IMG/VR virus record: IMGVR_UViG_3300021400_001324 | Span: 13,830-77,829 of that record | Direction: 5' to 3' (one strand) | Origin: a virus | Lineage: Duplodnaviria > Caudoviricetes | Length of the DNA: 64,000 nucleotides | In this document: one piece after another, positions 21,737 to 34,257 of the stretch | Layout: every line of letters begins with the position of its first letter | Position numbering within the stretch: position 1 is the stretch's first letter | Translations under genes and position numbers: made by a program | The notes under the pieces: generated by a model | Seen by the model: the letters and a program-made list of their open reading frames with translations, nothing else | Told to the model about the DNA's origin: nothing | Databases searched by the model: none

Positions 21737-24016
21737 TTAATTAATGAGACCTAATACTTTAGCAAAATAGTTAGCATATCTTCGTCTTATAGGAGATCCT
21801 TGACCTCCACTTCTTTCATAATGTTTCTCCCAAGCATCAGTGATAGCATCTATGTTTCTAAGATTTCTAGTAGCTTTATTAAAACCAGCAAATCTCTTAA
21901 AAAATTCTCTTTGCCATGGTATTTTATTACTGTCTTGTAATTTTCCCATTAAACCGTCTACTAAAAATCTCATTTGATGCGCTTTACTATAGCCTCCGTA
22001 ATTTTTAATAATCCAATTTTTAGCATCTGTTTGGTTTTGAGTCAATCCGTGATATTTACCATGATGGTTCGCATTAGGATCAAATGCACTTTCTAAAGCA
22101 ATGTTTCCCAATACTCCAACGGCTACATAAGGATTTATACCTGCAGCAACTAATTCTCTATAATAAGGTTCTGCTTTTTTCCACATAGCTTCGTTTTCTA
22201 CATCAACTCTAGATTTTCCACCTTTTGGTCCAACGTAAACTGTCTAATCTGGAAGTGTTAAAATTGGAACTCCTCCAAATTGGAATTTACGAGGGATTAA
22301 TTTTCTGCCTTGTTTTGCATAAGAAATATCATTAAGCTTACGCTATGGTAAATTGTAAGCAACTTCATTTAACATCTATATAAGTTTTTTTCTACTAATA
22401 CGCCCTAATCTATCACGAACCTGACGACTCCAAGTGTAACTATCTAAATTATCATCTTCTTTAAACACTTTATCTGGACTAATATTGTTATCTTTTCTAA
22501 ACTAATTTAAAGCAGCATATAATTCACTAGGACTAGTATAATAAGTATCCCTATTATCTGAATTAGATTTTTCGTTATCGTCTAAATCTTCCATTATCTT
22601 TGCGATAGCTATTTCCTACGGACTAAGAGTCCCACTTCTTTTTAAAGCGTGTGTAAATTCATGAACATCTGTTGAATCATCTGTATACGGTAAATATACA
22701 TAAGGGATTTGCGTTTCAAAATCTGGTTTTCTAATATAAACATGAGGAAAAGTATCAGTGGGATTAAGAGAATCTTCTGGAACCTTTTTTGTATAAAGTT
22801 CTGTATTTGCAAGTCGATTTAATTGAGATTCTATAGTTTCATCACTTCCTGCAGCTAATTTGTTTTGTTCAAACTATTCTTTTCTTTGAGGTAACCACCA
22901 ATGTAACCAGGTATTTTTCCCAACTAACGTAGGTTTTTCATTTAAAGAAGGTTGTATTGTTGTTTGTTTTTCTAGTTGTGGTGTTACAGTATTTTCGTTT
23001 ACCTATGAATTATTATTTTGATTTCTATGATACAATCTATTTTGTGCTTCTCCTTTTAATAAATTAATTGTGTTAATTAAATCATCTTCTGGAATAGACT
23101 CATAAAATTTTTGAAATCTTTCATTATATTCTGGAGAAGTTGCAATATTTAAATCTATATTGTTTTGTTCTGCAAACCGTTCGTATAAATGCTATCCTAA
23201 CAATCTAGTAATTTCAGCATTTAATTCTTCTTCGTTATTTAAGTTACCTCCAGATTGAAACTTGCGGGAAATTAGTTTCCCGCCTTGTTTTTTGAGCGAT
23301 TCATAATATTCAGCTCCTTTTGCAACTGCATTTTTATAAGCTGGCATTCTTTCTTTAGTTAAAGGTATGTAAGTAATAGTAGCATCTCTAAGTCCATCAG
23401 GTTCTTTTATAGTTTTAGCTCCAGGTACTTTTTTAGCTAATTGCTCTACAATAAAAGGAGTCATTATAGGTCTCCATGTAGAGTTAGATCCATCAAATTC
23501 ATTTCCTAAAACATCATCTAAAAATCGATAAGTACTATCTGAGCAATTATTAAATAAAAAATTGTAATTAGAATCATGCATTTTTCTAGAAACTAAAAGA
23601 TTTGGTCCGCGTACTTCAGAATGTGAACTGTAAGGATAAGATTCTCCAGCAAACGGATAAGTTATTACCTAAAGATGTGGTGTTCCATATTTAGTTATTG
23701 TAGGAAGATTTGCAATTTTTCCGTTTTCAAAATACTTATTAAATCGTTCATCAATTTGCTATTTTCTATAGTCCATATCTCTATTTATATACTGTAGTTC
23801 TATTGGATCATTTGAATGATATATAGATTCATTCCATTTCCAAGAATTGTATAACTCGTTAGGTACTGATCCGTTTCTATAAGGATCGTTATCATCTTGA
23901 TTTATAAAATAATATCCTTTATACTTATCCGCGTAATCTCTTAAAGCTTCATTTGCTTCTTTTACAGTACGATATTTTATAGGCATGTTAGGTTCTTTAT
24001 ATTTTTTAATCATCAC
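21737..24016 (-). CDS. 759-aa modular protein: permuted papain-like peptidase, HExxH metallopeptidase and phage-tail lysozyme; about 10 TAG
   Basis: SHSEV...YNFLFNNCSD; VHEFTHAL...ELYA; GNIALESAFDP...YHGLTQ; track ORFs 23759, 23192 and 21737 share one frame. Confidence 0.8.
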
Positions 24017-24049
24017 ATAGAGTTTACAAATTTTTATTAAATTATTAAT

Positions 24050-25012
24050 TTATTCATAAGGGCGTAATCGTCTTTTTGGCTCGTTTTTAGGTAGTGATGT
24101 TTTATATATAGCCCTATATAAACCTTGAGTGTCTTGACCATATTGGTTTTTCAATCTTGTATAATCTTCAGGATTAGTAGTTTCATAATTGCGAATATAA
24201 TTATAAGCTTCCTCATTATTCCAATCTGTCCCAAATACATTATTTACATAATCAGATACCAAATCAGGATTAGTTTTATTCTATTCTCTTAAAACATCGA
24301 TTAAGTTTTTATAGTCGTCAAATGTAACTCCATTATCTTCATTAAAAAATTCCGAATACAGAGGAGTATCATTTATACTTAATTCCCCAGGTTTCTATAT
24401 ATCAGATGACATTCTCTTTCTGAAAACATCCAGATTATTATTGTTTATAGAATACTTATTTTGTTGGTCCCTAAACTTAGCGTTAGTACCAGCTATCGAT
24501 GAAGCTAATATCGATGTAGGTAAATAATCATTCTACTTCATTCTCCCTTTTATATAGTCGCCTTTTTTATCATCACCTTTTCCTAACCCTATATCTTTAG
24601 TAAAATAACGTGTTTGTTTATTTAAAGCCATTCGCATTGCAGTAATTGCATTTTGATTGTATCCAAATTCAGAATTATCTTTATCTGCTTCGTACATATT
24701 ATAACGTGTATCTCCTCGTAAATCTTTAGGAGATGTGTATAAAGATGCGTATCTTTGTAGCTAATCCTACGCAAAATCATTTGTGATAGATGGCATTTGA
24801 GAATATTGCGTAACTGGTATTGGTTTCTAAACTTGTTCATTCTTCTGAGTGTTGTACACTTTTGCCCAATCTTCATCAGATTCGCCTTTCATTCGTGTTG
24901 TGTAACTTTTACCATTATAATCAAATATTTTTTTTCCTTCTTTTCTAGCATTTGCAAATGCTCTAGCAAAAGCGCTACTTCCTCTTCTAAATTTTGGTAT
25001 TAATGTATTCAT
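24050..25012 (-). CDS. 320-aa hypothetical (probable virion cargo) protein, TAG-recoded
   Basis: MNTLIPKFRRG, FARAFANARKEGKKIFDYNGKSYTT; joins track ORFs 24827 and 24050. Confidence 0.75.
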
Positions 25013-25013
25013 A

Positions 25014-26594
25014 TTATATTGTATAAAGTGGATTATTATAATCGTATCTGGATTGCTTTTCAGATTTTTTTATCTTATTTTTCTATATCAGTTCTTTTTT
25101 TCTTGGTTTTGAAGAATATGTTTTAGAACTTTGATTATTTTTTTTCTTAAGAGTTTTAGTCTATTCGTTTTCTTGTCTGTTCACACCTGATTTTTCTAAA
25201 CGCTGAGTTTTAATTTTATTTTTTATGGAATCGATTGTATTATTAAATATAGTAAATATATTTTTTTGAGATGTACTGGAACTATTTGATTTACGAGTTG
25301 CAATACTGCTTTTATTTGTCATACGAGTAGACTAATTAGTTGTTGATAATGTATACCAAGAATGCTTTGGTTCCTCCTTTTTTAAGTACTGTGTGTAATC
25401 AAACTTATATTTATCATAAGGATTATAATGTATAGCGTGATCAAGTTTTTCATAATGCTGTTTCTTTTCTTTAAACAGCTATTTAATATAATTTATTTTA
25501 GCAGATATATTCTTATCTACTCTTTCTCGTTGCTCTCTTATTTTTGTTTCTTCAGGAGATAAAATATATAATCCGTTTCCGGCAGATCCATTCAATCCCC
25601 TATATTGTATCCATGTATTTCTATCTATAAAACCACTATAAGTTCTTAATCCAGTACTATGTGATCCTAAATCAAAATAATATATTTCACACGGTTTGCC
25701 TCCATGTCGTTGTCTCATATCTTGTATTATAGCATCAATCTAATTTGCAGAACCTAAAGCTACCCTAGCCTCATCATCAATTTTTACAATACATCCACCT
25801 CCTGTAGTATGTCCGTACTAGTCGTCTCTTTTGTTTTTATCTCCAGAGTCACCAATTAATAAACCTCCACTAGTATTGCCATCACTATCAATTAAAACTG
25901 GATGTCCCTTAGACCAAACTATTTTGTTGTTTGCATCTCTCTAAAATCCCAAAACGTTTTTCCGTGTAGGCATATATGTAACTAAATCATTTGGTTGGAA
26001 GTTATCAAACTTAAGATTTCCGTATTTGTCTACTCCCATAAGTTTCCCACCGCCATACCAAGGTTTAGCTATTGAATAAGGTCTAAATGGTTCAAACGTA
26101 GTTATAATCATACCTGGTGTCTTCACAGGCTTCCAACTGATATCTTCAGGATTTCCTTTATATTCAACACCATCGTCTGTATACTATTTGATATTATTTC
26201 TTTTCGCATTATGTACTCCAAATCTAGTTTCCGACAAATTGACAGATCCCGGCAAAACATACTGATCTGGACGATGTTCTAACTAAATAGTATCAGTAGA
26301 AAACCATGTTGCAGGATATTTAGTTTGTGTTGTGTCCTATTGCTAAGGTATATATGCTGTAGATATAGGTTCTTTATCTGCGGTATGTTGCTAATAGGTT
26401 CGTACACCTTTATTCCAGACTAATTGGAAAATATCTGTAAATTTTCCATTCCTCCACCATTCTTTAACATCATCTGGAATCATATTTGAAATACCTTGAT
26501 TTATTTCCCTAGGATTATATATTCCATAATTTGGATTAAATGTACCTCCATATATAGGGTCATAAATATTCTTATTTTTTATTAAATCATCCAT
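25014..26594 (-). CDS. 526-aa hypothetical protein with a basic low-complexity C-terminus, TAG-recoded
   Basis: Track ORFs 26391, 25941 and 25479 are in frame; no TAA or TGA until 25014. Confidence 0.75.
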
Positions 26595-26625
26595 GTTAAA
26601 TTTACTTTCTTTTTAAGTTTTCATA

Positions 26626-29600
26626 TTATTTATACTTTCTAGGTATTAATCTTCCGCCTTTTTGATTAGATGTAGGTTGATTTAATTGAGATAAACCATA
26701 AGTTATACCAGTAAATATAGCTCCTTTTTTTAAAGCGCCTTTCCAAGAATTAACGTATTTTTGTGCCTACTCTAATGTTCCATTTCTCATTAAACGTACA
26801 TAATCGTTTAAATAATGACTATCCATCGATAGCATTAAATTTTGCATATCTTGTATAGACATATTATCTACAATTTGATCAAAATATTGCTTCTGTGTAC
26901 GTGCAGCAGTTTCGAAATCAATTCCTTTTTCACGAGCAATTCTGGCATAAATTTTAGTAACCATTTCCCAATTCATAGCTCTAGCATCTCTAGGATTCTA
27001 AGAATCCTTATCAACAATCTAATCTATTAATTTTCTATCATAAATATGATCTGGCTAACTTAATTTTCCATATAAAGAATTGCTATCTTTTGATAATACT
27101 TGTGTACTTTTAGCACGTGTTATCATATTCTAAACAATTCTATCTGTAGGATGTACTACACCTTCGTGAATCTATGTATAAAAATATGGTTTATTTTTAA
27201 TATGATTTATAACAATGTTAGATCCATTATAATCAGAGTAAAATCCTCCGATATGAGAAGTCTAATCTGAATTTATAACAGCTGCTGTTTTATCCTATTT
27301 AATTAAATCAAACATTCTTGGATAACCCTAAATAGTAATGTGACTTCCTCTACTAGGTCCAAACCAAACTAAAGAAGTTTCATTTGGATTTGTACCAGGT
27401 TTCCAATTGAAATTTTTCCAGCGTTCCTACATTAAATTTATGATAACTTTAGTTCTTTCATGCATCGGTAAATAACCTATTAACTAATACCTCGCATCAA
27501 TTTGTTGTGGTTTTTCTAATAACTCTAATCCTGAATTAGAATATCTTTTATTCCAATTCTAAATGGCTGTACTTAAATCTATTGTAGGGTATTCTGTATT
27601 AGACGATGACATATAAATATTTGGATCACTCCAATTTCTAGGTATTCTTAAATCATATGGGAGTATGTGTTTAGCATTTTTTGCATTAAAGTCGGGTAAA
27701 GCAAAATAATCATAATTTTCGTGTTCTTCTCCTCTCCAAAATGAATTTCTATCACTTTTAAGTAAACCTTGATTCTGTCTTTCAGCTTCTCGTAATACTG
27801 CCTTATTCTAAGCCAATCTAACATCATGTAAGGAACTACCTATCCTATCTTCTTTAGGGATTAACCATGAAAAAGGAGGAGGTGTGCCTGGTTTTCCTCC
27901 TGTAACTACAACTTCGTTAGTTATATCTCTAACAGCAGGTGTTCTTACAATAAATGCGTTTAAATGATTAACTTTTCCATCAACAAGATTATCGCTACTA
28001 ATTTTACTTCCACTTATAACATTTCCATTTTGTTTAGCATAGCTCCAATATGGATAGGATACCTAATTATCTACAACAAGACCTTTCCCAGATAAATTAT
28101 ATAAATATCCATCTTTAAAACTAGGTGCTAAAGTGGAAAAATCTGCTACTTCTATACCAGAATGGTATGGAGCCATAATTTCTCCATTCTAGTTAGCTAT
28201 GTATAAATATCTATCAGGACCCCAACCTTCTCCAATTCCAGTTCTATCTAAAAATAACGTGCCTAATATATTATCTTCAGATCCTCCAGATTTGTGATGA
28301 TTGGTTCTAAGTTGTGTATATGGTCTAGTATCGCCTCTAAATAATAACTAAGGTTCTCCCTATTCGTTTACTGCTGCAGTATTTCCACCTAATTCTTTTA
28401 TATGTTTATATAATGCTTGAGCAATTTCTTCATCAGTTATATCTGTATTTCCTACTAATCCATAACGTTCTCTCGCCTCTGGTACATATTTTCTTAGCTA
28501 TTCTCCATTAATTGAACCTTCTGGAATAGGTTCTCCGCCATATTCTTTAAACATTCTAACTGCATCTTCTCCTTGTAAATGTGAGTCAAGAGGTTTCCAT
28601 AAATCTCTAAATAATGGTGCTCCGCCCCTATCAGCTTCCATAGTAGCTAAGGTAAGCGGTTGATCACTAAACTACATTCTAGCTACATCTTCTGACATCA
28701 TATGTCTAGCAATAGCATTATATTGCGCATCGGTCATATCTGGGAACATCTATTTAAGATAGTCTGCTCCAATTTCACCGTGACCTTCTCCTGCGAACAT
28801 TTTACCGAAGTCGTGTCCTAACGCTGCAAACATCTAATCCTACTTTGTATATCCAGCAGGAGTAGGCATTTGCCAAGCTCTTTGTGCAACTTCCTTTGTA
28901 TGTAAGAATGTATTAGGATCTGTCTTATGCCATTCTGGATTTTCTAATCTCTAAGACATTCTCCAACCCCCTTGTCTATCAGCTTCTGCATTAGCAATTT
29001 GTAAAGCCTTTTGTACGTTTATAGTTCCATCAGGATTAACTACTTCATTAATAGAATGTTTTGGGCCAGTATATAAGAATCTAGTTTGTTCTGGTACAAA
29101 GTCAGCAGGCTTTAACTACTTTGATGGATTTGCTCGTACCTTCGCCCAAGGACTTATTGCTAATGTTTGAGGAGATTGTGCTTTTAATCCTGTAAGTTCG
29201 ATCTATCCTTTTGGTTCTAAAGTTATACCATTTACTACAGATACAATAGGATAATTATAAGTTGGAACTATTTGTCTATTTATATATCTACTTACTTGTC
29301 CTGGTGTAGGATTCCAATAATTTACTCCAGTTGCTTTCTAAAACTATAAAGCTAACTATTGTTCAGGAGTAAGAAAAGTGTTTGTTGATCCTAATTTAAA
29401 TCCAGTGCCACCTCCAACTAACATACCTGCTAATCCTCCTGCTGCTTGCCAACGAGGATCATCTGTAAATAATGAAACTGCTTTTGTTCCTAATTCATTT
29501 CCAGCATATCCTCCTAATATAGATGCCAATAGTGCAGGAAAGCCATACGATTGTAATACTGGACCAGAAAATCCCATAGATAATCCAACAGAAGTATTTA

Positions 29601-30087
29601 AAGCATTGGTTGTATTTTGTTGTTCAATTGCATCTCTTCCTTCCTAAGTCAAATAGTTAGGAGTATAATTAAATCCATTTCCTGTATTCCAAAAGAATCC
29701 ACCATTGTTTATATTATCTAAAGTTTTAGCTCTTGTTATAGCATTAGCATCTACAATTACTCCATTATTTTGAGTTGCAGCTTTAGCATTACGTACATCT
29801 GGATCAAGATCTGTCGCAGATTTTATTGCTTTCTAATCGATTAAGTTCTCAACTAAAGGTGATAATTTCTTATTTGTTCTTTGTATTACTTTTCTTTTAG
29901 CTTTATCTGCATTTCTTTGTGCTAATTTTGTTTGAGCTGCTACTCTAACAGGTTTATTCTATTTCGGATCAGAAGCAACTCTTACTAAAGCTGCTTCCAT
30001 TTCTTTATCAGCTTTTAATAAGAGTTGCTACTATATTGGAGCTGTCTATGTTATTTTACTTTGTTGTTTATATATTGGTTCTGGCAT
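26626..30087 (-). CDS. 1153-aa polyvalent protein: hydrophobic segment, HD domain, ART-like domain and HExxxH metallopeptidase-like domain
   Basis: WHKTDPNTFLHTKEV...AALGHDFGK...GHGEIGADYL; GEP*LLFRGD...PRNWSDPNIY; IHEGVVH; ends QKGGRLIPRKYK-TAA. Confidence 0.8.
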
Positions 30088-32644
30088 AATTATTATATTT
30101 TCTAGGAATTAGTTTTCCACCTTTTCGGTTAGATTGATTAAATTTAGATATACCATAACCTGCTGGAATAATAGTCCATACGTTTTTTAACAAGTTATCT
30201 ACAGATTCATCTGTGAAGTATTTTCTTAATTGTTTAATATTCCAACCATCTTTAAGGCCTTGAGATTTTGCAATATTACTTGCTATACCTCTTGCAGAAT
30301 ACTCCTAATTATCTTCCATGTATTTTAAAAAGTCTTGAATTTCTTTAAAACCAATTTCTCCGTCAGAAGTTTTAAAAACGTCTTCTGGAGCAATCTATTT
30401 TGCTAGTTCAAAATTTCCATCTTTTACGGCTTGATAAAAAGGTCGTAATTGAGGACGTAGTGCTTCATTATGTTTATACATTTCTGTTAAAATACTTGAC
30501 TATCGTTCTGGAATAGTTACATTACTTGCGCCTATATTTAAACTACTACCATGGCCTCCTAGTTCATGATATACTGTGTGTTTTATAGATTCTGGGTCAA
30601 TTAATTGTGCACGATTATTTAATTTTTGATTTAGTCTAATTAATGCTTGACCTCCGATATTTTGAGCATCACCATAAGTGTAGTTTCCTAAGTTTCTAAA
30701 TACTATAGGATGAGCGTGTTCCGCGTTTACGGCTCTAACAGCTGCTATCGCCCACGCCTATTCAGGAGTGGCTCCAGACTATATCAAATGATTATAATAA
30801 TCATCAGAATCAAAATACTATACCACATCATCTCTAGCTTCTGTTGCCCACTTTCTTCTAAGACCTCTTGGGAAGGAAATATCAAATTCTCCCGTCTTAG
30901 GATTATAAGTATATTCTGGTTCACTGGATCCATTTTTAATTGTATTTTGCCTCTTTATAAAACTGTTTCTAGTAAACGTAGGAATTTCTCGCATTTCTGT
31001 TTTAACTCCATTTATAATATTACTTTTTGGTGGCAGTTTAACTGAAGGATAAACGTTATACCCTGCTAACAAACGTCTGATTTGAGTTAATCTATGTGGA
31101 GTTAATGCAGAACGTGGTATTTCATCACCATATCCTACAGTAGTAATATACTCTATTAGCTCTTCATCAGATAATAATTTTCTACTTAATATGAAATCTC
31201 TTCTAGCTTCATCAGAAGCGTTGTTTAAATTATGTTCTTGCAAAATAACATCTCTAATATCACCTTTAAGTTGATTTCTTTCTATTTCTTGAACTTCTGG
31301 AAACGCTTCTTTTAACATTTTTCGGTATTCTTTAGATGTTCCAGTTATAGTCTAATCTACAAGATGATCTACTTCGTGTCTTAACACTCTTCTATGATTT
31401 CTTCCTTGTAATCCTCCAGATATCTATATTCTACCGTATCGTCCAAATAATGGGCTATTGTCAAACACTCCATACGAATACTTATCTACATTATCTGCAT
31501 ACCCTCTTTTAGAATCCCACTATCTGTATTTAATATTTTTTAAGATTTGATTAACTTTATCTATATCTTTTTGAGTTCTGTATGTAGTTCCTGCTAAGTT
31601 TTCATTTATCTAATCTATTACAATTCCAGGAATTTTATATTCTTTATAACCTTTTGGTTTTGGCATATTAGTATTTAAGGCACGATTCATATAATAAGGT
31701 AGAATATACGGTGCAATTTCAGATTTTATAGTATATGTCAATAAAGAAGGATCAATTCCGAGCATATTTCTAACATAATCGTTTACTGCAGTTTTAGTTG
31801 CATCGGATACTATAGAACTTTTTACAGTATTTGTTGCAGCTTGTTGTAAACCTTCTGCTGTAAGGTCGATTGCTTTACTTGTAGGTCCGGATATTAAATA
31901 CCCTGGATTGGTAAAATTCCATAATGTTTTTTGCCATTCTGGTAAACTTCTCCAATTTTCTCCACCACCAGCATTATATATAAGATGCCCAAAATTATCA
32001 TAACCTCCAAGTTGAGAAGCACCATTAAGTAATTCTCCACCTAAAGTTCCGTACATTAAAGCTTGACCAGTTGGAGTTGCTAATGCAGATGTTAACCAAG
32101 GAGCTAACGTTGCTCCTCCAATACCTGCTGCTGTAATAGCTAATGGTGCAACAACAAATGTTCCAGCTCCAGGAGTTAATTGGTTAGCTCTAGCATCCGC
32201 AGCTTTAACATCTGCTTCATGTTTCTCTTTACTTTGTTCATACTACCATTGTGCTTGCTCTTTAAATGTTTTATCTACATCTGCATTTTTAGCTATAGGA
32301 GCAGCAAGCTCTCTAGCATATCTATCTTCAAACGATTCTCCAGTGAGATGCCCTCTAGATTTGCCGTTTCCAAGTCCTTCTATTGTAATCTCAGGCATTC
32401 CCAATTCAAATGTAGGATTGCCATATTGTACAGCATAATCAGCGGCAGCGTTAGGATTATTACCTACAGTTACTATGTTACCGTTTTCATCAGTCCAGAC
32501 TTTATCCCCTGTTTGAACAGGAAGTCCTGTATTATAATCGTTGTATACAATATCTGTTTGTGGCATTGTTCTCCATTGATAGTTTCTTTTATAAGGCTAT
32601 CTTTCAATTGGAGAAGATGCATTCTCATATTTTTTAATTCTCAT
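30068..32644 (-). CDS. 858-aa polyvalent protein with a hydrophobic GxxxG segment and two HExxH-type motifs
   Basis: RHEVDHL; YHELGGHG...EYSAR; joins track ORFs 32243, 31610 and 30818; ends RKGGKLIPRKYNNYARTNI. Confidence 0.8.
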
Positions 32645-33170
32645 ATTATTTTAAGCTTAAAATTTTTACGTTTCCTATATTAATATATTATTATATAAAT
32701 TTATATATAATATAGTATATAAACTACTGAATATAAAAGTATTGAAATATATAAAACTGAGATATATTCAAAGTCTAAAAAATACCCCCGTAGGTAAATA
32801 TATAAAAATTAAAGTTCTGAAAATAGACCCCCGGGTGGTATACTTAAAGAAGGTGTTTTTAAAATAGAGTTAAATATAAAAATAGAGTATATTGTGAGGG
32901 AGGGGGGATACTATATCCGAAGACCCCTTCGGCGTCTTCGGAGGAAAACTAGTCCTATATATATGATATACTCAACCTAAGCGTAACAACGCGTAGCGTG
33001 CGGGAACGGCAAAGGTCGTTCGGTAACGTTGCGGTTCGGTTGCGTGACGCAATTTTTGCGAGCATTTTTGCGAGCATTTTTGTGACTATGGTTTAAAATC
33101 ATAGTGGCAATTATGTTAGCAATTTTGCAAACGAAATTGTGTGTTTATTTATCTTTAATTTCATAGTAAT
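32645..33170. promoter_or_regulatory. Divergent control region between the late and early arms; possible genome terminus or origin
   Basis: Gene orientation flips here; very AT-rich block, AAAATA..CCCCCG repeats, hairpin TCCGAAGAC/GTCTTCGGA, tandem TTTTGCGAGCAT, then an abrupt GC rise. Confidence 0.55.
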
Positions 33171-33737
33171 ATGGTAATTGAAGATAGCACTTTGGTTTCT
33201 CTTTACGGCAAAGATTTTGCCGATAAGGAAAAATCAAGTGAGGACTGCCAAAAGTCGGCTTCCAAAAAGTCGCCCCGGGTAAATGTTCCCGACGGTGCGG
33301 AAATTGTGTTTCCTGACACAATCCGCATTTTTACGGAAACAAGTAACAATGCGGCGACAAAGAAGGTGTTTTCTTTTGAAACATTCCCGTGCAAAATGAA
33401 CGGGATTGACTTTAAGTTCCCTGTTGGGTGGCTCGAGAAAACGGGTTACTCAATCGTAGCCTTTGGTGCAACAGCCAAAGAGTGCGAAGAGGACTTTAAG
33501 GAAAACACTGACCTGGAGCCGATTGAGGGTCAAACTTCAGCCTGCCAAGGTAACATCGTAGATATGTGGCAAAATGCTGCAAATCAGGATGAAGCCAAAT
33601 CGGCAATTGCAGGAAAAACCTGCATTGCTCATATTGTGGGCTGGATTATGACCAAGTGGGACGAATACCCCAAGCCGTTGTTGGAGTTCACCGAAAAGGT
33701 GACCACGCCAGCAAGGGGTCGTCGTGCTTCCAAGTAG
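33171..33737 (+). CDS. First early gene, hypothetical (paralogue of 34513); ends in TAG
   Basis: LVSLYGKDFADKEK... and a basic tail RGRRASK. Confidence 0.8.
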   Translation: MVIEDSTLVSLYGKDFADKEKSSEDCQKSASKKSPRVNVPDGAEIVFPDTIRIFTETSNNAATKKVFSFETFPCKMNGIDFKFPVGWLEKTGYSIVAFGATAKECEEDFKENTDLEPIEGQTSACQGNIVDMWQNAANQDEAKSAIAGKTCIAHIVGWIMTKWDEYPKPLLEFTEKVTTPARGRRASK

Positions 33738-33927
33738 TCCCGTTTTACCTTTTAGCGGTGCGTTTTAGAAACGACTAGAGAAACGACCGCGGTCACTCAC
33801 TGACCAACTGGCAAGGTTGTTGCACCAATCCGCAGGTGCGCGAACAATATCAATATGCAGTGAAATAGGTTTGTCGTGGTGGTGTACCTACTAGTAAACA
33901 CCACCACATTTTTTAAATTATTAAAAA

Positions 33928-34257
33928 ATGGCTAAAGTGAATTACAAACACGAGTACGCTAATTTGCGTGAAGATGCGCTAAGTGCGCTGAGTTGCGAGT
34001 TTGATAGCGTAACTCTATGTGAAATCCCTAAACAAAAGAAAGTAAGACTTTTACCTGTTGAGGGCGAAATAGTAATCTTTTGTGGTTACCGATTGGTTGA
34101 GAGAAATAATTTCTCGTGGTCGGGTGGATTGTTTGCAAGTCAGTCAATCCCCAATTCATACATATTTATCTCAATGGGAAAATTGATACAACCACTAGAT
34201 GAATGTCAGAAATACACGTGTTTAGTTTCCAATAAGAAAGTAGTTGTTTTCGAGTAG
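33928..34257 (+). CDS. Early hypothetical protein; ends in TAG
   Basis: 109-aa ORF flanked by hairpins. Confidence 0.7.
   Translation: MAKVNYKHEYANLREDALSALSCEFDSVTLCEIPKQKKVRLLPVEGEIVIFCGYRLVERNNFSWSGGLFASQSIPNSYIFISMGKLIQPLDECQKYTCLVSNKKVVVFE

Noticed and set aside
596-32644. Fragmented late genes as pseudogenes or sequencing errors
   Set aside because: Breaks are exclusively in-frame TAG and never TAA, TGA or frameshifts, and conserved motifs continue across them
1970-32683. Short opposite-strand or alternate-frame track ORFs (1970, 4491, 5482, 6416, 7688, 9230, 10534, 13818, 14277, 16001, 24797, 29378, 30710, 32180 and similar)
   Set aside because: They overlap well-supported recoded genes on the other strand or frame
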